Source: Chara braunii
Lineage: Eukaryota > Plantae > Charophyceae
NCBI GenBank assembly: GCA_003427395.1
Contig: BFEA01000029.1
Coordinates: 3,692,366 to 3,756,365, forward strand
Length of the DNA stretch: 64,000 nt
Reading direction: 5' to 3'
Shown: piece by piece, positions 1 through 12,532 of the stretch
Numbering within the stretch: position 1 is the stretch's first letter
Layout of the letters: each line of letters opens with the position of its first letter
Program-made: the position numbers and the translations under genes
Notes under the pieces: generated by a model
Databases searched by the model: none
The model's input: the letters and a program-made list of their open reading frames with translations, nothing else
Told to the model about the DNA's origin: nothing

Positions 1-14
1 AAAAGGTCGCGCGT

Positions 15-260
15 TTGTGTGTGTGTGTGTGTGTGGGTGTGGGTGTGGGTGTGTGTGGGTGGGTGTGGGTGTGGGTGTGTGTGTGTGGGTGTGTGTTCGC
101 GGGGGGGGAGGCGACCCCCCCACTGCCAATCAATCAATCAATCTTTTAAATGGATTTTTTTTTTTTTTCGTTTTTTTTTTCACGCTCGATCAATCAATCA
201 ATCAATGTGCACATGTTAATCAATCAATCAATCAATCAATCAATCAACCAATCAATCGTC
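15..260. repeat. (GT)n / (ATCA)n microsatellite-rich segment, related to the 20265-21015 block
   Basis: GT/GGT run at 15-96, then GGGG-GGCGACCCC, then ATCA tandem runs at 128-256. The same GT + GGCGAC + (ATCA)n order occurs at 20850-21015. Confidence 0.85.
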
Positions 261-289
261 CGGGCGTGCGGATGGGCCGTATGTGTACG

Positions 290-382
290 GCGGTATACAC
301 AGGGTACGTCTATACGATAGGAAGGTCCATCTTCACCTCCAATCACTTTGAGAAGTTCCGAGGGTCCGTAGTAGACAGGTAG
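290..382 (-). pseudogene. Displaced C-terminal GPY/F piece of the Ty3/Gypsy integrase
   Basis: Removing 383-7361 and one TSD copy joins this segment to 7362+. The minus strand then reads QKLLPVYYGPSELLKVIGGEDGPSYRIDVP, following FQEGDFVWVK (frameshift between), which matches the GPY/F module of Ty3 integrases. Confidence 0.8.
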
Positions 383-879
383 CTAGGTTTCCTTCCCCGG
401 GCGCCCGGGGCACCCGGGCCCGCCCGGAATGGCGCTCGGGGCGCTCGGTCGTGCAATTCAACCGGCCAGGCACCCGGACCCCCTTAGCGCCGTACCGAAA
501 ATGGCGTCAAAAAAAAAAATTTGCGTCGCCGCTCATTGGCCTGCAGGGCTAAAAAAATTTTCGCGCCGAAACTTTAATTTTTTGGGGCCCAGTAGGCCCC
601 TTTTCAATTTATTTTTTTTCAATCGTTTTTTGTCGTTGATCACCAGCGATCAACGGCGCGCGTAGCTTCCAGAATTTGAATTCGAATCCTGGGCCGATCT
701 GCCCCCCCCAAGTGCCCACTCCGCCCTCCTCTCTTCGTCGTCCCACCCTTCGCGGAGCTCATCGTCGTCCCGTGCCGTCACTGTCCTCCTGCAGCAAACC
801 TGCCGCGCCGTCGTGGTCCTCCTGCTGCCTTCCCGCGGACTCCCTTGAGTGCTGTCGTGCGCCATCTTCACGAAGGTAA

Positions 880-2490
880 GCTTTGTTTTTGTTTTTTTTT
901 TTCTTCTTCGTTTCTTATTCTTCTTCTTCTTCTTCTTCGTTTCTTTTTCTTTTTCTTCTTTTTCTTCTTCTTCCTCTTCTTCTTCTTCTTTTCTGCTTCT
1001 TTTTTTTTTTTTTTCACTTCTTCTTCTCCTTTGTCTCTTCTTCTTTGCTTCTTCTCTGTGTTTTTCTTCTTCGTTTCTTCTTTTTTATTTGTTCTTCTTC
1101 TTCTTCGATTTTTCTTCTTCCTTTTCTTCTTCTTCTCCTTTGTTTCTTATCCTTCGTGTTCTTCGTTTTCGTTTCTTCTTCGTTTCTTCTCCTTTGTCGT
1201 TTTCTTTTCGATTCTTCTTCTTCTTTTTCTTCCTCTTTTCGATTTTTTTTTTTTCTTCTTCTTCTTCAACTTCTTCACGGGTCGCCATCGCCTCCTCCTC
1301 CCCTCTCTGTGGCACCCTCCCTCCCTCTTCCGCCGTACCCCCTACCAGCTCCACGTCATCGGCCGCCATACTAGCCCCCCTCCTCTCTCATAGCGGCCCT
1401 CCCTCTCCCCTCTCCATCGCCTCGCTTCTCCTCCTCTCTTCATGCCGCCCTCCCTCCTCCCTCTTCCTCCCTCCTACCTCCTTACCCTTCGCCCCTCCTT
1501 CCTCCTTTCTCTTAGCGCATCCCCTCCCGACATTTACTCCCTCCTACCACCTCCCTCCCCCCTCGCCATAGCCTCCCTCCTTCCTCCTCCCTCTCCCCTC
1601 ACTATTGCTTCCCTCCTCCAGACTCCTACCTCCTCGCTCCCTCTCACCATAGGCTCCCTTCCTCCTTTGCCGCCATAGCTTTCCTCCTCCCTCCTCCCTC
1701 CTCCCTCCCCCCTCCTGAGTCCTTTCTTTACTTTTTTTTTTTTTTTTNNNNNNNNNNNNNNNNNNNNNNNNNNNNNNNNNNNNNNNNNNNNNNNNNNNNN
1801 NCTTCTTTTTTTTCTTCTTCTTCTTCTTCTTCTTCTTCTTCTTCTTCTTCTTCTTCTTTGTCTTCAACTTCTTCTTCTCGCGCCTACCTCCTACCTTCTC
1901 CCCCTCCCTCCGTCGCCATAGCTTTCCTCCTCCCTCCTCCCTCCTCCCTCCTCCCTCCTCCCCCCTCCCTCCTTTCTCCTAGCGCTGTTGCCGCCATAGC
2001 TTTTCCCCTCCCTCCGCCGCTGCCACAACTTTCCTCCTCCCTCCTCCCTCCTTTCATACGGCACTGTGTCAGGCTGTTAGCCTGACTTAAAGTGACTTGC
2101 GATTTTTTTTATTTCTTCTTCTATTTCTTTTTCGTTTCTTTTTATTTTTCGTTTTTTCTTCTTCTTCTTCTTCTTCTTTTTCTTTTTTTTTCCCTTCTTC
2201 TTTTTCTTCAACTGCTTCTTTTCGTTTCTTCTTCTTCTTCTTTTTTTTTTCCTTCTTCTTCTTCTTCTTCTTCTTCTTCTTCTTCTTCTTCTTCTTCTTC
2301 TTCTTCTTCTTCCTCCTCCTCCTCCTCCTCCTCCTCCTCCTCCTCCTACCACCTCTCGGTCTCCATAGACTCCCTGCCTCATTACCATAGCCTCTGTTCA
2401 CATCAAGCTCTTCTTCTTCTTCTTCTTCTTCTTCTTCTTCTTCTTCTTCTTCTTCTTCTTCTTCTTCTTCTTCTTCTTCTTCTTCTCCTC
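880..2490. repeat. (CTT)n/(CCT)n pyrimidine low-complexity tract in the 5' part of the hAT
   Basis: Long TTC and CCT runs with an N gap at 1748-1801. A splice-donor-like AAG|GTAAGC precedes the tract at ~876. Confidence 0.9.
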
Positions 2491-2510
2491 GTTCGTAAAC
2501 CTTGTGCAAG

Positions 2511-5500
2511 ATGGCATCTTCAAGCGGGGCAGGCACTTCGAGGGGGAAGGAGGTGGCAGGTTCGGATGATGAAGCCACGCGCGTGAAGGAACCATTTCAG
2601 CCACAGCCTGAGGCAAGGCAGTTGCAGCTGCAGGCAACGAAGGTGGCATTCAGGTGGGTGACGCAGGGGCAAATGATCCCGTCACTGGCGAAGGGGCAGT
2701 ACAAAGTGAAGTGCAATCTGTGCGGCGCAGATTGGGTCGCGTCGTACATGCGTGTGTGGCCCCATTTCACTCAGAAAACTAATCCACGCCCCTCGCATTA
2801 TCCGGAGTTGCTTCACATCCTTGCTGCGAAGGGGCATGCGATTGAGTGCAAGAAGAAGTTGCGGTTCATCCAATTGTATCGGATGGAGCAAAACAGCCCC
2901 CTGGACGGTTTGGTTCCCGCAATTCCGGAGGTGGAGGCACAAGGGAACATAGTGGATGCGTTCATAATGTCACCGACAGCACGGCATAGCAGAACGGTAT
3001 CGACTGTGGAAGTTGATGAAGAGGCAAGAGAGGGGGTTGTGGAAGAAGGTGGTGGAATGCTGAGGACGTATGCGCAAGGATCCGTTGCGGGCAAGAAATG
3101 CGGGAACTTGACACAAACATCGATCAAAAAGTGGGCAACCAACGGTTCACAACAAAGACTGGATGTGGCATGGGGGATGCACCTTCAAGCAGGAGCTGCA
3201 CGCCTTGTACCTCGAGTTGGGGGAGAAAAGACAGCAGGTGAAGATGCCTTCCTTGGAGGTCATCTGAACTGTTGTGTTGGACATCATCTACAATAAGGTG
3301 CAGGAAGACATGCATCTGCTGAAAGCGAAGTGGGACAACACAGGTTGCACCCTCCTCACTGATGGGTGCATAGATCGAAGGTACAAACCTGTGATGAACT
3401 TCATCGGGGCCCGCGAGAGTGGTGCGATCCTCTTGAAGGTCGTGGATGTGTCCAACAAGAAGAAGACTGCAGTTGCTTTTGGCAATGATGTGGGAGCAGA
3501 TGATCAGGGACATTAGGGTGCATCGGGTTAATGCAATCTGCACAGACAATGCGGAAGTCAACAAGCAAGCTGCACGGATCCTGCGAAGGCGTACAGATCG
3601 TGACATATCAAGCATTCCATGGGTCCCGTGCGCAACTTACTGCTTGAACTTGTTGATGAAGGATATCTGCGAGCTCGACTGGGTGAAGGAAGTGGTGCAC
3701 CGTGATTTTGTCCATGGAGGTCCGGTTTGCTTCCGCATACATGATGATGAACCGGATTTAGGGAAGGAGGTGTGTGCTTGAGGGGATGATGGACGAGGGG
3801 TGGAGGCAGTTAAGATGGAGCACAAGGAAAGATTGAGACAAGACCTGACGTACCAGACTGTTACTGCGCCCGAATGGTGGGAGAGGCTGCGCACGATTTT
3901 GGATGTGTTGGAGCCGATATACGAGTTATTAAGGAAGATGAGCCGCAACGGCACAGCCCCCCCAAGCCTTTCACACTTCGATGAAGGGTTGGGCAAGGGT
4001 CTGAAGACACTTACGTAGTTGACCGATGACCAGCGGCGGGCAATCATGAAGGCCGTTAACCAGCGGCGGGCAATCATGAAGGCAGTTAACCAGCTCACGA
4101 AGATGATGAGGCAGCCTGTTCATGCAACGAACTTTCTTTTTGACCCAAGGAGGAGAGACAACAAGTGGTTGATGGACATGCACTCCCCGCTGGTCCAAAA
4201 CACCCTCAAGTTTTTCTTATCACAGTGCAAAGAGAACGTCGCTTGGGGATGCAACGAGCAGCTAGATCTGTGGGCGGACTTGCAAGCTTTCCACAAGGAG
4301 CCAACTAAACATATGTCGGTAAATGATCCAGTGACAGGGAAAGTGGTGGAGGAGAGCTTGTGGACCGACTTCGCGAAGTTCGACAGCACCCTTGCTCAAA
4401 TGTCAGCCTCTGAATTGTGGAACCGCCATGGGGCCTCTCATAAGAAGTTGCAAGACATTGCCATGAGAGTGACAACGATGTGGAGCACTGCGACCCCTTG
4501 TGAGAGGAACTGGTCCTCTCTCGATCTTGTCCACGACAAGAGGAGGGGGCCGCTGTCGCCTGACAGCCTCGCCAAGTTAGTGTACATCCACTTGAATCTT
4601 CAGCTTTTGGACATCAAGAAGAAGAAAAGTATAGGAAGCTTGGCAGGGTACTTGGACATGTGGGCTGCATTCTTCAACGATGTGGAGGCACCAACGTCAA
4701 ATGATCCTGCGGTGTTCCAAGGGCTGCAACTCTAGCAGACTTGAGTAATGACGAAGTGGCCTGCCGGGCAAATCTAACGAAGACCCCCGGAACTAGAATC
4801 TTGAAGCCTCATGTCGTTGATGGATCAAGCTCATCGGATAGCAGTGATGATGGGGAGGACCTCATTTGGAGAGGCAAAGGCAAGAACAAAAAGGTTGTTG
4901 AAGTTGTTGATGGTGGCAAAGGCAAGACGCAAATGGATGTGGATGCGAGGAAGAGGATATTGAGGAGAGTGAGGAAGATGACGAGAACTTTACGTTGTGG
5001 TCGCCAAGGGCAAATGACATATCCAACGACGACAATGAATTGGATGACGACCTCACACGTAACGTGGAGCGGGGTTACCTTGATAGTGACCTGGAGTTCT
5101 TGCGGCCTCGGGGGATGGACTTCAACGCATGCGTCGAAGTGGACAAGGACTTCGATGATGATGCTGACAGGGCGAGGGCGCAGTCCCTTGCTCATCGTGA
5201 TCGCGCCCTCGTGGAGCAATGGATTCAAGAGGAAACAACAAAATGAAGTGTTGTCCCTCCTCCGAGGAGGATGAACTATACAACGGCGGGAATGGGCAGA
5301 TGTCTACCGGCGGAGGGGGTTCAGCAGCAATGACATATGGAAGGCATGCTATGGGAACAACAAGAGGAAGACGTTCAGCAGCAGCGGCAGCGAGAGGAAG
5401 GACTGCAGGAGCAACAACAAGAGGAAGGCCTGCAACAGCAGATTCAAGGGCGAGTGGATGTGCTTCAGCAACAAAACCACCAGCCACAACACGATGGACT

Positions 5501-6380
5501 ATAGCGGCAGCAAGTGCAGCAGCAGGATGATCGACAACAACAACAACAACAAGAACAACGGGGCGGACCAGAGCAGCAACAACAGCAACAAGATGAACTG
5601 CATCCGCAACAGCAGCAGCATAAGGATGGACAGCAGCAGCAGCAACAGACAAAGCAGGATGGACCACAACGGCATGAGCAGCACAAGGATGGAGCACAGC
5701 AGCAGACAAAGCAAGATGGAGCGCAGCAGCATCAGCAGCACAAGGATGGAGCGCAACAGCAGAAGCAAACAGAGAAGGATGAAACGCAGCAGCATCAGCA
5801 GCAAGAGCACGATAGTCCGCAAAAGCAACTAGAGCACGATCTGCTGCAGTAGACAAAAGAAAACGGGAGTGCAACGGGAGTCGCTCGAGTGTACTCCAGG
5901 CGGCCTCCAGTGCTCGGTGCAGCAGCCGTCCGAGGTGTGGTTCAAACCCTTCCTTTCCTTGCGCAGGTCGAGGGCGTGCAACACGATAACTTGGACGTGA
6001 GCCTGGCAGGAAGGAAGAACAAGGTGCAGCCTGACACCGGTCCAAAAGTGGCAAGGAAAAGGGGGCGCCCGCGAAAGTACCCACTTCAGCCAGTTGTATC
6101 AGCATGCGCTCCGGTCGGCGACGATGGTGGTGACGAGGGTGAGGTGGAAGAGCATGTGACTCGGGGGAGGAAGGTGCAAGGGGGCCCTGCACTCACAATG
6201 GACGGTGCGGAGACACGCCTGTTGAAGTGGCTGAAGAGGAAGGCGGCAAGGAAGGTGAGAGCCGTGGAAGATGATCCGACGGATACGGAAGAAAGCAACA
6301 ATGAGAGTGATAAAGACGGTCGGGAAAGCGACTGGGAAAAGGGTTCGGCGGGGGAGGATCGTACACTTGCACTGGTCTAA
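2511..6380 (+). pseudogene. hAT transposase pseudogene (BED-like finger, DUF659-type catalytic region, hAT dimerisation domain, long Q-rich C-terminal tail with AT-hook)
   Basis: Motifs across frames: VKCNLCG..VWPHF; GCTLLTDG..PVMNFI; VNAICTDNA; PWVPCATYCLNLLMKDI; WNRHG..LQDIAMRV..STATPCERNWSSLDLVHDKRRGPLSPDSLAKLVYIHLNL; KRGRPRK near 6060. There are several frameshifts and stops and a 30-bp tandem duplication at 4031-4090. Confidence 0.9.
5280..5850 (+). repeat. CAG/CAA-rich coding minisatellite (Q-rich repeats such as KQDGAQQHQQHKDG) in the transposase tail
   Basis: Repeated GGATGGA(G/C)C..CAGCAGCA units. ORF 5514-5852 is poly-Q rich. Confidence 0.75.
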
Positions 6381-6530
6381 GGGCTGATGATGTTCAATGG
6401 TCATAGTCGAAGTGGTGTTTTTTTTGCACAGTTAATCCCTTGGGTTTTCCAAGGCAATCAATGTTGTGTCTCTTCCTTCTTCTTCTTCTTCTTTTTTTTC
6501 TTCTTCTTCTTCTTCTTCTTCTTCTTCTAG

Positions 6531-7130
6531 TGTTATGACTGTCAATCTGTTACCATATTATGTCAATGGAGGCGCACTTTCGATTACAATTCATAAGACC
6601 TCTAAGTCCGTGCAACAGATTCTGTGAAACTGTCGGTTGCACTTTGCCACTTACGTTGTTTACAGGTTGCGGTTCCTTAGAACATGACTTCGAGTCTGAA
6701 TTTGGTGCTTCTGTTTTGTTTGTGCCTAAAAAGGGAGGCAAATTCCGCATGTGTTTTAATTACCGCGGTCTAAACCGCATCACAAGAAAGAACGCCGTTT
6801 GCTTGCATGGCTCCTTTGAATCACGGAAGCAGCGGACTGAGTCTAAGTGTGGACTGGAACCGGGTCTGAATGTTGAGTCCACACTCATACCGAGTCAGCA
6901 TTCGGAAATCAGGGGATTTTTGTTTGCTGCTTGTGAGTGCTACAACCTGCTTTGCTTTTGCGAGTCCACTGGGGATGCAGAAGTTGTTGTATCAGCCTGT
7001 CTTTCAGCAGCTGGTGCATGCTACCAGCAGCAGCTGCTCAAGTACAGGCGGGACACAGCAGCTACTGCATCCCCGGTCCTGCAAAACAGACAACCCATGA
7101 TCCACCCCGCTCCTGCACCCCCTCCCCTCA
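6531..7130 (+). mobile_element. Rearranged Ty3/Gypsy fragments (including an RT N-terminal piece) inside the hAT
   Basis: About 6690-6797 translates as SEFGASVLFVPKKGGKFRMCFNYRGLNRITRKNA, a Ty3 RT domain-1/2 motif. The segment starts with TGTTATG, an LTR-like start. Confidence 0.65.
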
Positions 7131-7361
7131 GCCTCCTTTCTCTACCGCTGCCCCCAAAACACACAAAAATCCACATCAATAAAAATAAGAAACGAGGCCG
7201 GGTATAGGCAGTACTCGGAATGCACAGAAAAGCACCAAAAACCAAAAAAAAAAAAAAAAAAAAAAAAAAAGTATTTTTTGCATGCCCGGGGTACCCCGGG
7301 CGTGGTTCCCCCCCCCGACAAGGCGCCCAAGACGCCCGACCAGGCACCCCGGGAAAGCTAG

Positions 7362-8330
7362 ACAGGTAGCAGTTTCTGAGATACATTTTTTCTTTAAGGA
7401 AAACTCTATAGACTTGACCCAAACAAAGTCTCCTTCTTGGAACTGTGAAGGACGACGATGTTTATTAGTTTGTTCTATCATTTGCAACTGGGATTTCTGT
7501 ATGTTTTCCTTCACTTTCTTAATGTCAACTTTGTACAAAACTGCGAATTCGCGCGTACCTGGGGGTAACCTCTGAATCTGGTCCCTGGTTAGTGCATCAA
7601 TGAGACGCCTAGGCTTTCATCCTTTATGCAGTGCGCTAGGCGTTCTACCTGCTACAGTATATATACTTTTATTCTACACACTAGCAATTTTAGACAAGTT
7701 CTCATCCCAATCAATCTAGTCAGAATGGACATACATTCGCAAAAGTTATTGGCAGAGACGATTCATTTGCTCAGTTTGGTCATTCCTTTTAGGATGTCCG
7801 CCTAACGACATGGTCAACCTGGTCCGATAGACTCCCATTAACTTCTGCCATTGTAGACTGGTGAATCAAACATCTCTATTAGATACGATTGTTTTAGGAA
7901 ATCCATACTCAGAGACCCATCACATTTGAAACTTTTGAATGACTAGTTCAGTTATAACTTCAGCAGGTAAAGGAATGAACATAGCATACTTAGAGAATCT
8001 ATAGACGATGACCATTACCTAATTGTTGATATTTCAACTCTTAGTGAGGCTCATAAAGTCAATAGAGATAGACTCACTCGACTCACTTGGAATAGGCAGT
8101 GGTCTCAGTAGTCCCATTGGATTCTCATGTGAGGGTTTGTTCCTCTGACAAACAAGACAAGTCCGCACATAGGTTAGTACATCTTCTTTCATTCTTTTCC
8201 ATTCAAATCGTTATCGCACACCGGCATACGTCTTCTTAAAATCAAAGTGACATTCCGCATTATGGCATTCCCCAATGATTAAACTCTTGATTGATTCTAA
8301 GTGAGGAACACACAATCTTTCTTCGATTTT
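7362..8330 (-). pseudogene. Integrase remnant
   Basis: ECHNAECHF..YVRTCLVCQRNK (HHCC), GLLRPLPIP, SISIDFM, GFPKTIVSNRD, GHPKRNDQTEQMNR, FQEGDFVWVK. Confidence 0.9.
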
Positions 8331-8447
8331 ATTCAACAAAAAGAGTAAGTCATATGCCATTCGATATTCTGGAAACAACTCAGGGATCTTTCGTAGAGTC
8401 TCAATGATAGGACTCCAAACAGGATCATTCTCATAACCCTGGCGGAT

Positions 8448-8900
8448 CTATTTTTCCAGTTCATTTCCGATATCGACATAAGAAACAATAGTTCCAAAGA
8501 AATCTGCACGTTTGGACAAAGCATCCACAACCACATTAGACTTACCTTTGATGGTTTTCACCTCAAAGTCAAAGGTGTGAAGGAATGTGGACCACCTTAT
8601 CAACTTGTCGGAGAGCTTAGGCTGAGTCTTTATCCACTTCAACGTAGTGTGGTCAAAATAGACAGTGAAATGTTTCCCCAACAGGTAGTGCTTTCAGATA
8701 TCTAGTGCAGTTACTAAGGCATACAGTTCTCTTTTATATGTGGAATTTGCAACTTTTTCTTACGGAAGTCTTCTGGACATAAACTCAATAGGTCTATAGT
8801 CTTTACCGTCATCTTGTTGTAGCACAACCCCAATCCCGTACTAACTTGCGTTAGTTGTGACTATGAAAGCAAGAGAAGGGTCAGCAATCTTTAGGACAGG
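8448..8900 (-). pseudogene. RNase H remnant
   Basis: VLKIADPSLAFIVTTNAS*YGIGVVLQQ, RPIEFMSR, ELYALV, GKHFTVYFDH..LIRW..GKSNVVVDALS. Confidence 0.88.
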
Positions 8901-9850
8901 GTAGTGAGTCAGAGTATGTTTTCACTTTCTGAACAACGACACACAATTTTTGTCCCACAACCAAAAATTTTCTTTTTTAAGTAATCTTCTCATAGGAGCA
9001 GCAATCAAGGAAAAATTTATAACGAATTTCCGGTAGTAGCTAGCAAGTCCTAGGAAAAATCTTTGTTCAATTATAGTTTTGGGTTATGGTCAATCTCTGA
9101 TTGTTGTAATCTTCTTTTTTTCATACCTTAGTCCTTCCTCGTTTACTATATGCCCTAAGTACACGACTTCAGGCTTAGCAAACTCTAACTTCTTTAGAGT
9201 CACTTTGAAAATGTCCTCGCGCAACTTCTGCAAGACCATTTGTAAATGTTTTTCGTGATCTTCTAGTGTCTTACTATACACTAGAATGTCATCGAGGTAG
9301 ACTACTATGAACTAATCAAGCCATTGATGAAACAACTCATTCATTGACCTTTGGAATGTTGCAAGCGCATTGGTCAACCTGAAAGGCATAACCACGAACT
9401 CATAGTGACCATACCTATTTCGGAATGCCGTCTTGTATTGATCCTCGGGAGCTACCTCGATCTGGTGGTACCCTGACTTGAGGTCAATCTTACTAAAATA
9501 CCTACATCCCTGCAACTAATCCAGTAAATCATCAATGCACGAAAGAGGCTCTGCGTTTTTGACAGTGATGGAGTTCAACCCACGATAATCTATACAAAGA
9601 CACAATTCACCTTCCTTTTTGGGCACAAATAAGACAGGCGCACCATAAGGAGATGAGTTAGGGCGAATCCATCCTTTGTCAGTAAGTTATTGGAGCTGCT
9701 TTCGCAGTTTCTCAAGTTCCCTAAGAGACATTCGGTAGATGGAACCCTTGGGAATCTTGCTTCCGGGAATGACCTCAATGGTGTGTTTGATAGCACGCTC
9801 AGTAATTCCCGTCGGTTCAAACTGCAAGTCCTTGTACTCACCAAGAAGTA
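8900..9850 (-). pseudogene. Reverse transcriptase remnant
   Basis: [56 protein letters not shown] (about 9283-9300), YLGHIV. Confidence 0.93.
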
Positions 9851-9910
9851 TTTCAATAGAAGGTGGATAAGCTGAGGAACACTCACCTACTCGCTTGACA
9901 AGTACCATCA

Positions 9911-10300
9911 TCATCTCCTGATCCAAACTTCTGGGTTGGCTTCCTCATGCCAATCCATATCCAGAATTATGTCAAAGGGTAAATTCTTCTCAATTAGGAA
10001 GGATATCTCTTGCAGAATTTTTTTACCTTCCTTTGTTCTGAAATAACATTTAACATGATCGACGTATTGAGAGACAGTGATCGTGCTCTTGTCAGCCAGT
10101 ATAGATGTAATAGGTCTACGTAAATCCTTTACTTTCATTTCCAGATGCAACTTACAAATTACTTTCTCTGATATATAAGACCTCGTCGATCCCGGATCTA
10201 ACAGGGCAACTACTCGCGTGTGCACAATCTCAATATCCGCGATTATCAACTCACCCTTAGACTTTGCTTTCTTCGTCCACGAACTCCGTAGTGCTATCGG
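9911..10300 (-). pseudogene. Retropepsin protease remnant
   Basis: VVALLDPGSTRSYIS (degenerate D-S/T-G) and LPFDIILDMDW flap/C-terminal motif in ORF 9911-10435. Confidence 0.8.
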
Positions 10301-10449
10301 TTCATTGCCGATCTCGTCAAGGGAATCGTCCAGTGGGACAGACCAAAGTACTGTGTCAGGGTGGTCTGGACGACGGGCGGAAGAAGAGTCATCCTTTGCC
10401 TTGAGAATCGAAGGGGTAGAAGGGATTGTAGGCACCTTACCTTTATCTT

Positions 10450-12180
10450 AGTTTAAACCCTTCGACTCAGTAAGAGCAAATGTTACTCCTAATGGCTGCT
10501 CGCTTTTGGGTTTCGAATAAGTGGGCACCAAGCTATCACGTGCCTTACGGTGCCACACTTGAGGCACTGGCGGTTGTCCCATTTTGGACTGCCACTCCTC
10601 CTGAGTCATGTTCATCTTTTTCCAAGGTCTCCCGAACGCAATGCCGGAATGCTCGGGAAACGAGCGTGCCCTCTTCTTCTTCTTCCACTGACTTTGGCCT
10701 CCCTTGTTGGCCATTACGGCAACAACGTCACCCTTCCCGGACTCGCTACCACCATTACCTCCTTCTCCCTCAGACTCGTCAAGGGGTAACTTTTCTACTA
10801 TTTCATCGTCAAATAGCACAAACATATGGTCCTGATGCTTTTGCCGCCAAAGGACCCGCTTGCCATACCCACCAACCGGTGCTTATTTGACTACCGAAGT
10901 GTACGTACCTTTGACTTGCGTGGTCATCTGCTCTCTTTGCAGAGCGAGATCGCAGAACTGCCGGTAATTGTACTTACCAGACTTTGACTCTGGCACGAGT
11001 TGTCCACGAATGGGCTCCGGCTCGTGAGTAAATGTACAGGACCTGGTTATCCTGCAAATTCAACCCAGGTACCTACAAAAGACGGTCAACTTCACGAGAC
11101 AACGCATCCACTGAAGTCAAACGTTTCGGACCGATGGTGGTGAGTTCGTCGAAGGTCTTATCGGTCGTCGTTTTGTCGACAAATCTCTCCTTTATCTTTT
11201 GGAAAAACTGTCTCAACGTCAAGGTCTTTACCCACTCACCGATATCCTCAAAGTCAGCGGCGTTGGCTTCGACCAACACCCATTCCTTGGCCACTCCTCC
11301 CAAACAAGACGTGGAGAAAGCAACGTGACTTTCAGGCTCCACGGGTGTTGTCCCTACGTAAGTTTGTATATCCATAACAACAAGTTTTTTTCTTTCTTGT
11401 TGCTATACGTAAATGGCAGTTTCATTTTGACTTTTTCTTTGTTCTTCGGTTTTTCTGTTTCCTTCATCAATTCTTCTTTATTTTCGGTGGGTGATTCCTT
11501 TTTTCTCAACTTGTCTCTCGGATTCTTTCTTCGAAGTTTCGGGTTTCTCATGTGTGACTCGTTTCATTGCATCCTTCATTAATTTCTCTTGGGGTTCCTT
11601 TTTGTCTTCTCCCCTCTTAGCCACCTTCTCATACACCACCTGTTTTTTTCCCTTCTTCATTCTGATCACTATCTCCATAGCGGCGGTGTTACTGTCAATT
11701 TTTTTCTCGAGATGAACGAGGTAGACCATAATAGACTGAAGAATAGATGCAACCTCACTATCTGCTCTTCGTAAAGAAACTTTTGCCTCAATTCATTCAT
11801 CATTTTTTCTTCTTTTTCTTCTTGTTCTCTCAATCTCCGGTACTCCTCGATCTTCCTTCTCTCATCTCTTAATGTATCCTCTTACTGTCTGATGTTTTCC
11901 TTCATTATTTCCACAGAAAATTGTGGTTCCTTTCTTTCTTTCCTTTCTTTTTTCTTTTCCTCTTTCCTTTCTGGTCCATCTTTTTCAAAGCTCTCAGCGA
12001 CATATTGATCAAGGATCAATCATTCTTGCTTTATGAGGTCTTCGACCCTCTTGCTTGTTTCCATCATCTAAATAGCACTCTTAGCGGCATGTAGATCTCT
12101 TTCTGCATCTCGCAGATTGATGTGTTCGTGAACGTGCCGTTCAACATTTGGACCGACATCATGTACCGCACCAAGAAGCT
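10450..12180 (-). pseudogene. Gag remnant with CCHC zinc knuckle
   Basis: KMKLPFTYSNKK..HVAFSTSCLGGVAKEWVL..FFQKIKERFVDKTTTDKTFDEL (retrotransposon gag-like). CLKCGTVRHVIAWC (CX2CX4HX4C) at ~10525-10570. Confidence 0.8.
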
Positions 12181-12516
12181 GGTGAAGGAGGCCGACCAAA
12201 GTTTGTCTCCTTGCATTAATCTGACAACGGGTTTTTAGTTTCACTCTCTCTTCATCGGCAAAGACGGTAAGAGGAATGAGGAAGAAAAAAAAGCGGTATA
12301 AACCGAGTCAAGATAGAGGCACGCAAACATTTCCATAGAGAATTTATTTTACCAAATGTGCAGACGCCGCACAATAAATAAAATTAGAAGACAAAAATAA
12401 TTCCACGACGGCAAGAATTATTCAAAACAAATAAAAAAAAACAGATGTTTTACTAAGTCTAACTTCAATGTCTGTTTTTTTCTATGTGATGACGTCCTAT
12501 AGCATGTGTACAGGTA

Positions 12517-12531
12517 CCGCAGCCACGGCCA
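12517..12531 (-). promoter_or_regulatory. Candidate primer-binding site
   Basis: The minus strand reads LTR end ...GATCACA, one base C, then TGGCCGTGGCTGCGG. TGG is complementary to tRNA CCA. The cognate tRNA is not identified. Confidence 0.45.
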
Positions 12532-12532
12532 G

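Larger units (their letters stand above)
383..7361 (+). mobile_element. hAT-superfamily DNA transposon, both ends present, nested in the Gypsy integrase
   Basis: Imperfect TIRs (C)TAGGTTTCC at 383/384 and GGAAAGCTA(G) at 7352-7361. CCCGGG/GGCGCC-rich subterminal repeats at 395-480 and 7284-7353. Flanking direct repeat ACAGGTAG at 375-382 and 7362-7369. Internal hAT transposase remnants. Confidence 0.9.

Noticed and set aside
845-2586. Long F/S/L/K/E-rich ORFs
   Set aside because: Translations of (CTT)n/(CCT)n microsatellites.
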